Origin: Nemertoderma westbladi
Taxonomy: Eukaryota; Animalia; Xenacoelomorpha
Direction: 5' to 3'
Length of the DNA: 60,087 bases
NCBI GenBank assembly: GCA_032718475.1
Contig: JAUCBJ010002207.1
Span: forward strand, 1-60,087
The position numbers and the translations under genes were made by a program. Below the pieces are notes generated by a model that saw only the letters and a program-made list of their open reading frames with translations, did no database searches and was not told the DNA's origin. Of this stretch, positions 46,773-59,473 are shown in pieces. Position 1 is the stretch's first letter. The number at the start of each line of letters is the position of its first letter.

Positions 46773-49129
46773 GTTAAAAACCTACGACAATGACGAAATT
46801 AGCTGTGACGACACGCCAATGAGGAGCGATGAGCAAATGAATGCCCCAGGGTTCGGAGAAGGGAGAGAGCCCACGCACACCCCTAGCGACAGAAATGCGA
46901 CGATTTGGGAAGCAGCGACAAGGCGGTACCGGCCCGCCATACCGCCGAGGAGAGACGGTTCGGTTGTCAAGGAGGAGGGCGGATGGATACAAGGATAGAA
47001 GAGATGTGAGTCGACAAGGGATGGGAGCGGCGAGAGGAGTACCGGAGTTGCCAGTCAACCAGTGGCTACAGGCGGCAAGCGGCCCACCGGAACGGCAATG
47101 GTGGGGCCGACGGTACCATGCCGGACGAGGAGAGGAGGCCAAGGAGTTCAGAAGGAGGATGTCGGGACGAGCGATCGCCTACAACGCGGATACAATGCGA
47201 CGAGGAGGATGCTCAAGGATGCTAAGACAGGAGGAAAGGTAGATGCGCCCAAGTTGAACCGAAGACTCAGTGAGTGTAACAAACATTTTCACTACCTAGT
47301 CTGATTTGGGAAAGGGGAACTGGCGAGTGAGAGGGTGAGGGGGTCGCCACCATTTAATTGTGGCAATCTGAGATAATGCCATATGGTGTAGTATACATAT
47401 GGCCTTATCTGGTGGATGTGTTGGGGATTATTTTAGTGGGATGGGCGGGTCCGCACGACGCCAAATCTGAGCTTAACCCAAACGATTTGGTGTCGTCTGT
47501 TAGTAAAACTGCTAGCAGGCATGATAAAATTAGTAAAACTATCAAGTGACAGGAGTCCGTCGTAACCGAAAAGTCCGCTACACCCTCCACGAAAGCAAGA
47601 AGTGTGTTAGAGATAGATCTGGCATGTCAGCTAGACGTAGACATGGTTGCTTTGGACCAAAAGGAATTAGAGAGACAACTGGATGAGGGGACTGCGTTAT
47701 TAGAAAGGGAAAGGGAGCTAGCAAGAGAGTGTAAAGAGAGGGCCGAGAAAGTGGCGAGAGATTATAGAGAACGGGAGGCAAGTTAGGCAGAGTGGGTTGA
47801 GAAGGGAGTAAGTGAGCGCAGAGAACAGGAAGATAAGGAAGTGAGTGAGCGCAGAGAATGGGAAGAGAAGGAAGTGAGTGAGGGCAGAGAACAGGAAGAG
47901 AAGGAAATGAGTGAGTGCAGAGAACGGGAAGAGAAGGAAACGAATGAGTGTAGAGAACGGGAGAGAGAGACGTGAGGAAAGTCAAGAGGATTGCGAGGGA
48001 GGCAGAGTTCGCCGATCAGAGTGTCAGAGAGGACAATGAGAGGGAGAGCGCGGGTAAAAGAATGAGGGATGATATGCATACCTGGTTGAGGGGGTTGATG
48101 CAGTACCAAGAGAGACAAAAACGCTGGTTAGAACTGGCAAAACTAGGTTTATCAGAGAGCGAAGCTGGTTTGGGAAGTATTTATGAGGAACCAGGGGTGA
48201 TGGAAACCTTTGTTAATACTCCACTTACCAGTACCGGACAACAAACACAGAACTGGTGTGACCGGACGAGTAACGGGGGTAATGACAATACGTTTTATGG
48301 GAACGTTAATATTATTAATACCATAGTCGATAATTCTAATAATAGTGAGGGTACATTTCTTACAGGAAGTAATGTTTTATAAATAATAACAATAATGCGA
48401 AAAATGCGAAAAATAATCAAAATAATTTAAATAATAATGGTAGTAGTGGTGCGATAAATAATAATATAATAAATAATCGCGGTGAAACTAATCAAAATAA
48501 TTAAAATAATAATATAACAAATGATCGTGGTGAGGCGAGAGGTGTTATAACTAATGTAAATGCTAGTGAAGCAAATAATTCGCCTGGCGGAGGCCTACAA
48601 GGCCATGCGGCTACGCAGAGAGAAATGAACCCAGGGAGAGCAGAAGCGGACGTTCCGACTAGAAGGGAGTGTGGGGAAAGCGGCGAGAAGTGACGGGTGG
48701 AGGGGGGGGGGGGGGGGGGCTACCAGCACCCCACCGCAACCAGTTAGTGACGAAGGGGGGGGGGGGGGCAACAGATGCCCCACAGATGTTGGCAGAAAAT
48801 GAACGTGATGAGTTAAGTGAACCGGGGCTTCCAATGACGAAGAAAAAGGGGGGGGCAGCAGATGCCCCGCAGACGTCCGCGGGAAATGCGCCGGGTCAGC
48901 TAAGTGGACCGGGGCTCCTGACGATGGAGTAGAAGGGCAGCGAATATCCGCAAGGCCATACAACCGGGTAGGGAGAGGAGAGTTGGTGCCGTAAGCGGCC
49001 AAACGAGAGAACGTCGAGCCCACTTTGAAGATGGAAGGAGAATAGTAGAGTTCATCCAGGAGGTCGATACGAGACCTCATGAACGTGGATATAACTCCGG
49101 AAGTGGAGGATCCTAGGAGGATGGTAGGG

Positions 49130-49270
49130 ATACTAGGATCAGCATGCTGCATTACAGCTGCATTTTTAAGAATGCTGTGCCAGCTTGTCGACAAAAATGC
49201 ACCACCAAAACTCCCTATCACCCATGATATTTGCTAGATCATCCGCATCTTCAGGGCCAGTGTCCTTTAA
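49130..49270 (-). mobile_element. RTE-like LINE 3' end fragment
   Basis: Reverse-complement similarity to ~15246-15385. Confidence 0.65.
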
Positions 49271-49990
49271 CCCTATCAGTACCAGGCTATAAAATGTTAT
49301 AGAAATACCGAGAGGGGTGGGGTGGGGGGGGGGGGGTCTTATTGACCCCCCCCCCCCCCCCCCCCTCTAAAATCTACAAATTTTTTATGAAAACGTCTGA
49401 TTTTTTGTTTGTACGTATGTATCACTAGTCTGGATCCGACCGAAAAAAAAAATTTTCGAAAAAATTTACTGTGGTGGTTATATTGCAGCACCAAAATTAC
49501 AAGTAGTCTACAATTTTCACAAAATTTGCAAGTTACATTTTTCGGCTAATTGTTTTTCAATACAGCTTTTCTGGGGCGCAAAATACATTGGAAAATATTT
49601 AAATGTACTATACATAATGTACTATAAATGGCGGTTTAGTCCACTCTGCGTAGGAAGAAAATGAAAAAAACAAGTAACCAGCACTTTTCAGTTAGAACTC
49701 AAAATTTTTTATTCACTTATACGATGCTATAAATTCACATTTTCAGGTTTTCTATGGGGCTGATTCTAATGGAATACATTTCTAATATGCCATATGTCAT
49801 TGCTACTTGTATTTTTCGGCGTAATTTGGTAAATTGTGGTACTAGCACCAAATTCGCAAAAAAGTTTGCGATGTCCAGTGCTGTTTTTATTGATTCCATT
49901 GGATTCAGGACCCTCATAAACCCGTATAACGCAAGAAACAATATGATACTATCAACTGATCAATTTGCTTATTTTCAAAAAATAAGCGAA
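49271..49990. mobile_element. piggyBac-like non-autonomous fragment (one end only)
   Basis: TTAA followed by CCCTATCAGTACC; internal part related to 14845-15105; a similar CCCTATC end occurs near 7929. Confidence 0.5.
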
Positions 49991-51068
49991 TATTCGAGAA
50001 GACTAAACTTCCGTCCAGAGGACCACATTCAGACTGCAGGACATACTGTAGGTCTTACTGCACATACTATAGGCCATGCTGGGAGAGATAGTGTAGGTGA
50101 TAGGGTAACGCGAATGCCGGGATTGGACTCGGAGGTCGCGGCTTACATACCAGTGAGTGGGCAAGAACCCGTTAGGCCTAAACTGGTACCCGCACACCAG
50201 TATGACTATAATATGCGATGATATAATATATTCCCAGGGGGGGGGGGGGGGGGGGGGGTATTGCAGATAAGTGTATGGGCCCCAATATAATGACATCTAC
50301 CCCAGTGCAGAATATAACACTGGCCGGTGGGGGGGGGGGGGGGGGCAGGGTGACATTCCCCCATCACTGTATCCATCCGCAATACACGCAACTGAACAAA
50401 ATAAAAATTGCAACCCCCTCAGATCCAAATAAATCATGTGACACCGAGATATGGAGGTGACAATTACCCCTGATGATATATCCTACACAGGGAAAGTCGA
50501 CGAAGCCGAGAGGCAAAGCATAATCAACATCAAGGGAGCCTGCATCCGTACCGTCGATCGCACTGGAAATTCAAGCAATGGGAATGACAACACTCATCGA
50601 CGTGCTAAAAACTAGAATAGAGCTGCCACCCATGGAGCCTTTTAAGTTTGATGGTAGCAAGCCGAAAGAATATCTACAGTTCCGGAGGATGCACAGCAAC
50701 GAGATTCTCACAAAGAATCTCACACAGACGGAGTACCTTAAGTACCTACAAGTTTATACAGAGGGGCCAGCCTATGATATTGTGAGGCAATATCAGGGAA
50801 TCGAAGGAGGATTTACAACAGCATGGAGAGCCCTGGATAGGGAATTTGGCCATCCGGCGAAGATTATCCGACAAACCTTAAGAGGAATATCGATCAGGCG
50901 GACTCGCGGATAACCCTGTTAGTATCAAAGCCTTCGCCAACAAAGTAGAAAAGGCATTGATAGTCTTCAATTGACGCTAGAAGCACCATACGAACTCAAT
51001 GCTTCAAATAACATCACGGCCATAGCGCAGGCACTACCGATATGGTTATGGAATAAATGGAGAAATAT

Positions 51069-51899
51069 TGTAAGTGTCAAATCTGTTGCCTTCGTAATTG
51101 TTAATTAATTGTGGACCTAATTATTTTTGTGACACGCAAATAGCGGATAGTACTGACATCCAGACTGGACCGGTGTCAAAAAGATGGAAACTTCTGATTT
51201 AGATTTAGGACTAAGACCGGTTTGCCGGCACTAGAAGGAAAATTTAGGGTAATACTGACTGTCAGACTTCGAAATGTTGTAGATTGTTGTATATCGAATT
51301 CTAAATTATAATGATTATAAAAAACTGTTTATTATTATTAACCGTGTTTGATGCCGATATAGATATATGACAGAACCCACCTTTTGCCACAGTTTGGTGA
51401 GTGAAAACCCTGCAATATTATTGAGGTTGTTATTGATATATTATGATACATTTATTAAGACCGGTACTATAGAAGGTAGGCTCTATAACGTTGGATATGT
51501 GTTTATTTGATACAGTTCTCATACGGCATTTAATTTATTCACATTGCTGTACTGATTGTAGTAAGGAAGTACCGGTATGATTATATTTTTGATTGTCATT
51601 ATTTTTTAGATAACCGCACTCCGCACTTCGCATTCCGCACTTCGCATTTTGTACACCCTAACGCAATGAAATATGAAAGGATGCCCTGATACCGGTATAT
51701 GACAATGTTTATGATATAATTATATGATAATGAAGCGAAATAAATAGATGACCAGAGATAATTTGATAATAGATAATGTGCGCGTTTATTCATACTGTGG
51801 TAACCTATTTTTATGAATTTCACCCTAATTAATAGATCTACTAGAATTGACATTCGATTTAACAGTGAATAGAAAGACCTCTGAAGCCTGACCCCTTCA
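51069..51899 (+). repeat. 5' LTR (831 bp)
   Basis: tgtaagtgtcaaatc...gaccccttca; matches 58207-59029. Confidence 0.95.
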
Positions 51900-52176
51900 A
51901 CGTTATCAAACTGTGATATAAGAATTGTAATTCGGGGGAGTGAATAACCTTTGAATAATTTGGGCCGATTGCCCTACTAAATTTGGAAATTCCCCAAATT
52001 TGGAAGATTTGTTAGCTTTGGGCTGATGTCCAAATTGGGTACTACTTACATTGATATGCTTGGACCGATTGTCCAAATCTGGAAGATTTCTTTTTACTAA
52101 TTTGGACCGAATGTCCATATTTGGAACTTTCAGTTAGAATTTTGGACCAATGTCCTAATTTGATATATTTGTGATA

Positions 52177-55100
52177 ATGTCTGGAATAGGAAATATTGCA
52201 TCATTAAAAAAGTCCCGAAATGGTTATTTAGCCAATCTAACAAGAGCCTATAATGAGGCAAAGAGATTAATGCAAGCTAATGCTGATTATGATCGTGTGA
52301 GGCTTGCGATCAAGACAATTGATGAAGTTTATGAGCGTTTTTGTTATGCGCATGATTCTTATGTGTCAGCATTGGAAACTACTGCTGATATAGATGAAGC
52401 GAAAAAATATTTATTTAGTGTTAAACAAACAAAGAATGAGTTTCATGAAATTTATTTGAAATGGAAACTAGATAATTTTGGTGATGCAGATACAGATGTT
52501 GATGATATTTTGCCGAAACATTCTGTTAGCCAAGTGGGGTGTCAATCTACAGTGCTTAGTGATTTGGACAGAGCAAAGGCAGATGAGGATATTGCAGCTT
52601 ACGAATTAGAACAAATTAAATTTAAACATGAATTGAGAGCTAGAAAGGCAAAATTAGTAGAAGAAGAAGAACAGCTGGAAGCCAAAATGAAATGTGAGAA
52701 AGCTGCTATCAAAAGGCGATCTCTTGAGAGGTCAGAAGGGAAGCTTTCTAGAGCAAGCAGCGTTAAGCATAGACCAGGAAACAGTGTAGCAAATGTTATA
52801 GATCAATCATATAACAATAGAATGCCGACACGTGTGATTAACAATGCAGAACAACTATCCGATTATCCATCACGATTGGATCCAAATGTACCATCCTGGA
52901 CCCCACTACATGGTAACCAGCACTCTGAAGAAGGCATACAGTCTTATGGCGAATTATTCAAGACAATGGCAAACATTATGACATTGCCACAGCCTGAGGT
53001 CGTACCATTTGCAGGCGACCCATCAGAATATTGGCAGTTCATGAGATCCTTTGAGGAACATATAGAGAGTAAAGCTCTAACAGATTCAGCCAAACTTAAT
53101 TACCTTATTCACTATTGCCAAGGCAAGGCAAGAAAACTTATTAAAGACTATCCAATTCTAATTCCATCAGAAGGTTTTATACAGGCTAAACATACACTGT
53201 ATGAACGATTCGGTCAACCTTATACGATAGCCCGAGCTCATATTGACCGTGTTACCAAGGGCAATCCATTGAGACCCAATGATCGACAAGGTCTCCTAGA
53301 TTATGCTGACCAACTTAATTCATCCCAAATGGTATTATCCTCAATGGGTTATCTAGCTGATATTAATGCAGTTGATAATTTGAGGCATATTGTAGAAAGA
53401 CTTCCTCACTATATGAAATGTAAATGGCTTGAGAAGGCAAATAATATTCGTAAGACTAATCGGAGTCCCAATATTAACGACATTATATTATTTGTTAAAA
53501 ACATTGCTCATGCAGTTAATGATGCTGAGTTTGGGACAATCTTAGATTCTAAAGATACTGGTGCTGCTAATGCTAATATAAAGAAAACCTTTGACTTCCG
53601 TAGTAATAGACCAGGAGATAAGGCAAGGTCATTTCCTAGGACTACATCATTAGCAACATCTAGAGACATTCCGCAAAACTCCAATGATAGCTATGCCAGT
53701 AGAAATAGTTGTCATATATGTTTCCAGAATCATACACTTGATAGATGTTTTCAGTTTAGAGGGAAATCCAATAAAGAAAGGATCAATTTCTTGAGAAGAA
53801 GAGGTATATGTGATAATTGTTTTGACCGAGGTCACATTGCATTGAATTGCCCTAAGAACCATAATTGTGAACGATGTGCAAGTAATCATAAGCATCATAC
53901 ACTTATGCATCCTTCAGATGAAGTTGATGATTCAAAGCAAAGGGTTGGATCCTCGACCTTTTCTAACCAAGGTTATTCAACACCAAAAACTACAAAACCA
54001 GCTGTTGAGAACATGAGAGAGGTACAATCAAAGGAAGAATCTATTTCAAGAAGGACCCATACACATCTTGCAAACACACTTCAACATTCTAAGGTTTGTC
54101 TTCCTATCATCCCAGTTCGAATTAGTAATCCCAGTAATGATATATATGTTGATGTATATGCCTTGCTTGATGATGGATCTGATTCTTCATTTTGTACAAA
54201 AAGGGTTGCAGATATTCTAGGTATTTGTAGAAATGAAGAAAATTATTCCTTAACAACTTTGAATTGTGAGAATGTAATGAAAAGAGGAGCAGTGGTTGAA
54301 CTCATGGTAGCTCAGATTGATTCTATCGATGATACAAGTATTATTCACCTACCAGAAGTTGTCACAACTGATAAATTACCCATCTCTCCTGATAAGATTC
54401 CTACGATGGCTGATATAACCAACTGGCCACATTTATCGAATATACATTTGAATGAGTTGCAGGATAAAGAGGTTCATTTGCTCATTGGCTTAGATGTACC
54501 TGAAGCACTATGGACGGAAGAAGAACTCTATGGAGGTAAAAAGGAACCATTTGCTATAAAAACACCCTTTGGGTGGACACTGCGTGGTCCTGTAACCCAC
54601 AAACGAATGAAACAACTTGATAAGTCAAAGAATATGTATTTATGTCACTATGACAATTCTCCTAGGAATTCGAATGATTATAATTTAGAACTCCTAGTTA
54701 ATAAATTTTGGGAATTAGAATCTTCTGGAATTTATTCTGACACATCAACCACTATGTCTCTGAATGACAAGCGAGCCTTGAGTATTATGCAAGATTCTAT
54801 TAAACTAGTGAATAATAACTACGTTTTAGCACTTCCATGGAAGTGTAACCCACCTTCTTTAGAAAATAATATATCTATGGCAACAATGAGATTAAATAGC
54901 TTAAAGTGGAGGTTGATGAAAGATTCCGAGCTACATAACAAGTACACAGAAATTATAGAAATGTATGAGGAAAAGGAATACGCAGAAAAAGTGCCTATTG
55001 AGGAACTGACAGATCCCTCATTAAAAGGCAAGATTTGGTACTTGGTGCATCACCCAGTGTTTCACCCAAAGAAGCCAGGAAAAGTCAGAATAGTTTTTGA

Positions 55101-58044
55101 CTGCTCTGCAAAATATAAAGATTGTTCATTAAATGATAAGTTGTTCCAAGGTCCTGATCTTACACAACCTCTTGCTGGTGTCTTGATGAGGTTCAGGCAC
55201 CACGAGGTAGCTTGTATGGCGGATATAGAAGCCATGTTCCACCGTATAAAGGTTAAGAAAGAGGATTGTAATGTATTGCGATTTTTATGGTGGCCAAGTG
55301 GAAATCTTGATGAAAACCCTATAGCATATAGAATGCTCATGCACATTTTTGGAGCTATCTCGTCTTCAAGCTGTGCAAACTTCGCACTGCAAAAGACAGC
55401 AGAAGATAATCAATATGACTTTGATGAAGAGACTAGAAATACTGTGAAAAGGAACTTTTATGTTGATGACCTCCTTAAGTCATATAAATCTGCACCTTGT
55501 GCTATAAAACAGTATTCTGAATTGACTCAGATGTTAAAGAAAGGAGGTTTCCGATTGACAAAATGGATTTGCAATAACCCAGATATTGTTTCTGCTATTC
55601 CGAATGAAGAGCTTGCAACATCAATCAAGGATCTCGATTTGGACGGATGGCCCACTGAGAGAGCACTTGGTGTAATATGGAATGTCGGGAAAGATATATT
55701 TACATTTAATGTATCACCTAAGGTGAAACCAACAACCAGACGAGGAATCTTGTCTATCATGAGTAGTGTCTATGATCCTCTTGGGTTTGTGGCACCTTAT
55801 ACATTTAATGCAAAACTCATATTGCAAGACCTTTGCAAAGCCGAAGTTGGTTGGGATGATATTATAGATAACGATATTTCATCCAGATGGGAGCAATGGC
55901 TCCATGAACTTACATTTCTATCAAAGCTAACTATCAGAAGATGCTTTTCACCACATTTTCAAGACATTGTTCGAGTCGAAATGCATCATTTTTCTGATGC
56001 TTCTTCTCTGGGATATGGAATGGTATCCTATATTAGATTTGTTGGTGGAAGTGGTGACATTTATTGTGCCTTTATTATGGGGAAATCCCGATGTTTACCA
56101 AAGAAAGGGTTGACTATCCCTAGAGCCGAATTATCTGCTGCTGCTTTTTCAGTGAAAGTAAACATATTTATTCTGAAAGAAATCGATATTGTGTTTGATA
56201 AAATATTGTATTGGACTGATTCCACATTTGTTATTAAGGTAATATTGTCTCAGGATAAACGTTTTAAAGTGTTTGAGGCAAATAGACTTGCTATTATTCA
56301 TGATGGATCGTCCGCTGATCAATGGAAATATGTACCTTCGAGTTACAACCCTGCTGATGATGTATCACGTGGTTTACATGCAGAATGTCTTCAAGATAGT
56401 AAATGGTTAAACGGCCCTGATTTCCTTTGGAGGCCCCCTGAAGAATGGCCATCCCGTGTAAATATAACTGACACCAGCGAAATTGATGACTGCACCATTG
56501 GAAGTGAGATAAAGACTTCGTATGCTGTAAATCAAATAAAGCATACAAACATTCTAGATAGATTAATTGAAGCTAACTCATCATTGTATTCGTTAAAGAA
56601 AAGGGTGTCATGGTTACTTCGTTTCAAGATGTATATGATATGGAGATATTCTAGAGATAAAAAGATCAAGCCAATAATTGGTGAATTGACAACTGCCGAA
56701 ATGGCAGATGCTGAATACTTATTAATTATACATGTGCAAAATACACATTTTGCTGAAGAGATTGCTACCTTGAAATATAACCAGAATATTAAGAAGAGAA
56801 GTAATCTATATAAACTCGGCCCAATATATGAAGATGGCGTATTACGAGTTGGTGGTCGGCTACATGATGCACCTCTTGATTATGGAAATAGACATCCATA
56901 TATATTACCACCTGGTAAATTCTCAGAATTGATAATTATTGAGCACCATACTAATAGTTCACATTCTGGGCTGAACTATGTGTTAGAGTCACTGCGTTCC
57001 AAATACTGGATATTGAAAGCCAGACCCTTTGTGAAGAAAATCCTAAGGAGTTGCTGCCATTGCTTACGATGGCGGACTACTCATCTATTGAAACAACGAA
57101 TGGCAGATTTGCCAATAGACAGAGTGACCCCCAACCAACCACCTTTCTCTGAAGTTGGATTAGATATATTTGGACCCATAATGGTCAAGGTTAGACGAAG
57201 TCTAGAGAAGCGATATGGCTGTCTTTTTACATGCCTTGCAATGAGAGCTTGTCATATTGAAATTGTTCCTTCTCTAGATACGAAAGCGTTTATCAATGCA
57301 TTGTTTCGCTTTATCAGTCGAAGAGGAAAACCTAAGCTCATTAGGTCAGATAATGGATCGAATTTTGTTAGAGGAGAATATGAGATCCGAGAAGCCATCA
57401 ATAACTGGAATCATCACCATATCACTGATAAATTATTACAGCAAAACATAGAATGGAAACGGAATCCCCCAAAGGCGAGTCATATGGGTGGCGTTTGGGA
57501 AAGGGTAATTAGAACAGCCCGAACTATATTGAAAAGTTTGCTACGTGAACAAATTGTGAATGACGATACATTGTTTACCCTTATGGCCATAACTGAGTCA
57601 ATAATAAATGGAAGGCCATTGACAACAAATAGCGATGATCCAAATGATGATGCAGTGATTACACCAAACCATTTATTGTTATTGAGACCCTGCAACTATT
57701 TACCAATCGATGTCTTTACGAAATCTGATATCAACTATCCAAGAAGAGGTTGGAGACAAGCCCAATACCTCGCCGACCGATTTTGGCAACGATGGGTCAA
57801 GGAATATTTACCACTACTTCAAGAACGGCAGAAGTGGTTCCATAAACTGACTAATTTGAAAGTCAACGATGTGGTTCTCTTACTCGATGAAAGATATCCT
57901 AGAGGTCAATGGCCTTTAGGTCGCGTGATTGAAACCTTTAAAGGTCGTGACAACAATGTTCGATCTGTGAAAGTTCAGACAAAGAAGAATATCTTAAAAC
58001 GCGGGATCTCGGAGTTGTGCTTATTGGAGTCTTCTTGTATTTGA
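52177..58044 (+). CDS. BEL/Pao Gag-Pol polyprotein (gag, three Cys/His knuckles, protease, RT, RNase H, integrase)
   Basis: ORF track 52171-58044, first ATG at 52177. CHICFQNHTLDRC, CDNCFDRGHIALNC, CERC...HHTLMH; LLDDGS; YLVHHPV..KVRIVFD; YVDD; FSDAS; WTDS; NPAD; RSDNGSNF; GGVWER. Confidence 0.97.
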   Translation: MSGIGNIASLKKSRNGYLANLTRAYNEAKRLMQANADYDRVRLAIKTIDEVYERFCYAHDSYVSALETTADIDEAKKYLFSVKQTKNEFHEIYLKWKLDNFGDADTDVDDILPKHSVSQVGCQSTVLSDLDRAKADEDIAAYELEQIKFKHELRARKAKLVEEEEQLEAKMKCEKAAIKRRSLERSEGKLSRASSVKHRPGNSVANVIDQSYNNRMPTRVINNAEQLSDYPSRLDPNVPSWTPLHGNQHSEEGIQSYGELFKTMANIMTLPQPEVVPFAGDPSEYWQFMRSFEEHIESKALTDSAKLNYLIHYCQGKARKLIKDYPILIPSEGFIQAKHTLYERFGQPYTIARAHIDRVTKGNPLRPNDRQGLLDYADQLNSSQMVLSSMGYLADINAVDNLRHIVERLPHYMKCKWLEKANNIRKTNRSPNINDIILFVKNIAHAVNDAEFGTILDSKDTGAANANIKKTFDFRSNRPGDKARSFPRTTSLATSRDIPQNSNDSYASRNSCHICFQNHTLDRCFQFRGKSNKERINFLRRRGICDNCFDRGHIALNCPKNHNCERCASNHKHHTLMHPSDEVDDSKQRVGSSTFSNQGYSTPKTTKPAVENMREVQSKEESISRRTHTHLANTLQHSKVCLPIIPVRISNPSNDIYVDVYALLDDGSDSSFCTKRVADILGICRNEENYSLTTLNCENVMKRGAVVELMVAQIDSIDDTSIIHLPEVVTTDKLPISPDKIPTMADITNWPHLSNIHLNELQDKEVHLLIGLDVPEALWTEEELYGGKKEPFAIKTPFGWTLRGPVTHKRMKQLDKSKNMYLCHYDNSPRNSNDYNLELLVNKFWELESSGIYSDTSTTMSLNDKRALSIMQDSIKLVNNNYVLALPWKCNPPSLENNISMATMRLNSLKWRLMKDSELHNKYTEIIEMYEEKEYAEKVPIEELTDPSLKGKIWYLVHHPVFHPKKPGKVRIVFDCSAKYKDCSLNDKLFQGPDLTQPLAGVLMRFRHHEVACMADIEAMFHRIKVKKEDCNVLRFLWWPSGNLDENPIAYRMLMHIFGAISSSSCANFALQKTAEDNQYDFDEETRNTVKRNFYVDDLLKSYKSAPCAIKQYSELTQMLKKGGFRLTKWICNNPDIVSAIPNEELATSIKDLDLDGWPTERALGVIWNVGKDIFTFNVSPKVKPTTRRGILSIMSSVYDPLGFVAPYTFNAKLILQDLCKAEVGWDDIIDNDISSRWEQWLHELTFLSKLTIRRCFSPHFQDIVRVEMHHFSDASSLGYGMVSYIRFVGGSGDIYCAFIMGKSRCLPKKGLTIPRAELSAAAFSVKVNIFILKEIDIVFDKILYWTDSTFVIKVILSQDKRFKVFEANRLAIIHDGSSADQWKYVPSSYNPADDVSRGLHAECLQDSKWLNGPDFLWRPPEEWPSRVNITDTSEIDDCTIGSEIKTSYAVNQIKHTNILDRLIEANSSLYSLKKRVSWLLRFKMYMIWRYSRDKKIKPIIGELTTAEMADAEYLLIIHVQNTHFAEEIATLKYNQNIKKRSNLYKLGPIYEDGVLRVGGRLHDAPLDYGNRHPYILPPGKFSELIIIEHHTNSSHSGLNYVLESLRSKYWILKARPFVKKILRSCCHCLRWRTTHLLKQRMADLPIDRVTPNQPPFSEVGLDIFGPIMVKVRRSLEKRYGCLFTCLAMRACHIEIVPSLDTKAFINALFRFISRRGKPKLIRSDNGSNFVRGEYEIREAINNWNHHHITDKLLQQNIEWKRNPPKASHMGGVWERVIRTARTILKSLLREQIVNDDTLFTLMAITESIINGRPLTTNSDDPNDDAVITPNHLLLLRPCNYLPIDVFTKSDINYPRRGWRQAQYLADRFWQRWVKEYLPLLQERQKWFHKLTNLKVNDVVLLLDERYPRGQWPLGRVIETFKGRDNNVRSVKVQTKKNILKRGISELCLLESSCI

Positions 58045-58206
58045 TTGAAATAAATAAATAGATAATTTATAACATTCTGTATCAAAATAATTGATTCTTT
58101 ATTGCTATGTGTTGTTGAACTGATTTACAATTAATGTCGTAAATTTATTTGACACATGAGTTATAATTTAGATAAATGCCCTGTGAAGCATTGATCGGGG
58201 TGGTGA

Positions 58207-59029
58207 TGTAAGTGTCAAATCTGTTGCCTTCGTAATTGTTAATTAATTGTGGACCTAATTATTTTTGTGACACGCAAATAGCGGATAGTACTGACATCCA
58301 GACTGGACCGGTGTCAAAAAGATGGAAACTTCTGATTTAGATTTAGGACTAAGACCGGTTTGCCGGCACTAGAAGGAAAATTTAGGGTAATACTGACTGT
58401 CAGACTTCGAAATGTTGTAGATTGTTGTATATCGAATTCTAAATTATAATGATTATAAAAAACTGTTTATTATTATTAACCGTGTTTGATGCCGATATAG
58501 ATATATGACAGAACCCACCTTTTGCCACAGTTTGGTGAGTGAAACCCTGCAATATTATTGAGGTTGTTATTGATATATTATGATACATTTATTAAGACCG
58601 GTACTATAGAAGGTAGGCTCTATAACGTTGGATATGTGTTTATTTGATACAGTTCTCATACGGCATTTAATTTATTCACATTGCTGTACTGATTGTAGTA
58701 AGGAAGTACCGGTATGATTATATTTTTGATTGTCATTATTTTTTAGATAACCGCACTTCGCATTCCGCACTTCGCATTTTGTACACCCTAACGCAATGAA
58801 ATATGAAAGGATGCCCTGATACCGGTATATGACAATGTTTATGATATAATTATATGATAATGAAGCGAAATAAATAGATGACCAGAGATAATTTGATAAT
58901 AGATAATGTGCGCGTTTATTCATACTGTGGTAACCTATTTTTATGAATTTCACCCTAATTAATAGATCTACTAGAATTGACATTCGATTTAACAGTGAAT
59001 AGAAAGACCTCTGAAGCCTGACCCCTTCA
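58207..59029 (+). repeat. 3' LTR (823 bp)
   Basis: Differs from the 5' LTR, as far as seen by eye, only by a 7-bp repeat-unit indel (ccgcact) and a 1-bp A indel. Confidence 0.95.
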
Positions 59030-59139
59030 AATATCGCTTTCTCTACTCGGGAGAAGAAGGGTGCAGAGCCAGGGTTGGAAGAGATGTCGAACTTCCTTAA
59101 CTACGAAGCGGAGTTAATAACGGATCCAGTTTACAGTGA

Positions 59140-59473
59140 GGGAATTTGGCCATCCAGCGAAGATTATCCAACAAACCTTAAGAGGAATAACAACAGGCGG
59201 ACTCACGGAAACCCTGTTAGTATCAAAGCCTTCGCCAACAAAGTAGAAAAGGCATTGAAAGTCTTCAATTGATGCTAGAAGCACCATACAAACTCAATGC
59301 TTCAAATAACATCGCGACCATAGCGCAGGCACTACTGATATGGTTAAGGAATAAATGGAGAAATATCACTTTCTCTACTCGGGAGAAGAAGGGTGCAGAG
59401 ACGGGGTTGGAAGAGAAGTCGAACTTCCTTAACTACGAAGCGGAGTTAATAACGAATCCAGTTTACAGTGAGG
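59140..59473 (+). repeat. ~334-bp tandem duplication within the old BEL/Pao gag
   Basis: Duplicates 50840-51068 plus 59035-59139 and shows the empty site ggagaAATATcactttc. Confidence 0.85.

Larger units (their letters stand above)
51069..59029 (+). mobile_element. Intact, young BEL/Pao LTR retrotransposon (7961 bp)
   Basis: TG..CA LTRs, 5-bp TSD AATAT (51064-51068 and 59030-59034), purine-rich tract ggggtggtga before the 3' LTR, single uninterrupted polyprotein. Confidence 0.97.

Noticed and set aside
48690-50350. Long poly-G/poly-C runs as G-quadruplex or poly-Pro/Gly coding signals
   Set aside because: Homopolymer runs occur throughout the window in decayed repeats and differ between otherwise near-identical copies (28813 versus 31860), indicating slippage or sequencing error.
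51599-51853. Duplicated small - strand ORF (also 58672-58983)
   Set aside because: Lies within the LTRs, so the duplication is trivial; AT-rich with no coding features.
53650-57695. Short - strand ORFs within the BEL/Pao polyprotein
   Set aside because: Antisense shadows with no recognisable motifs.
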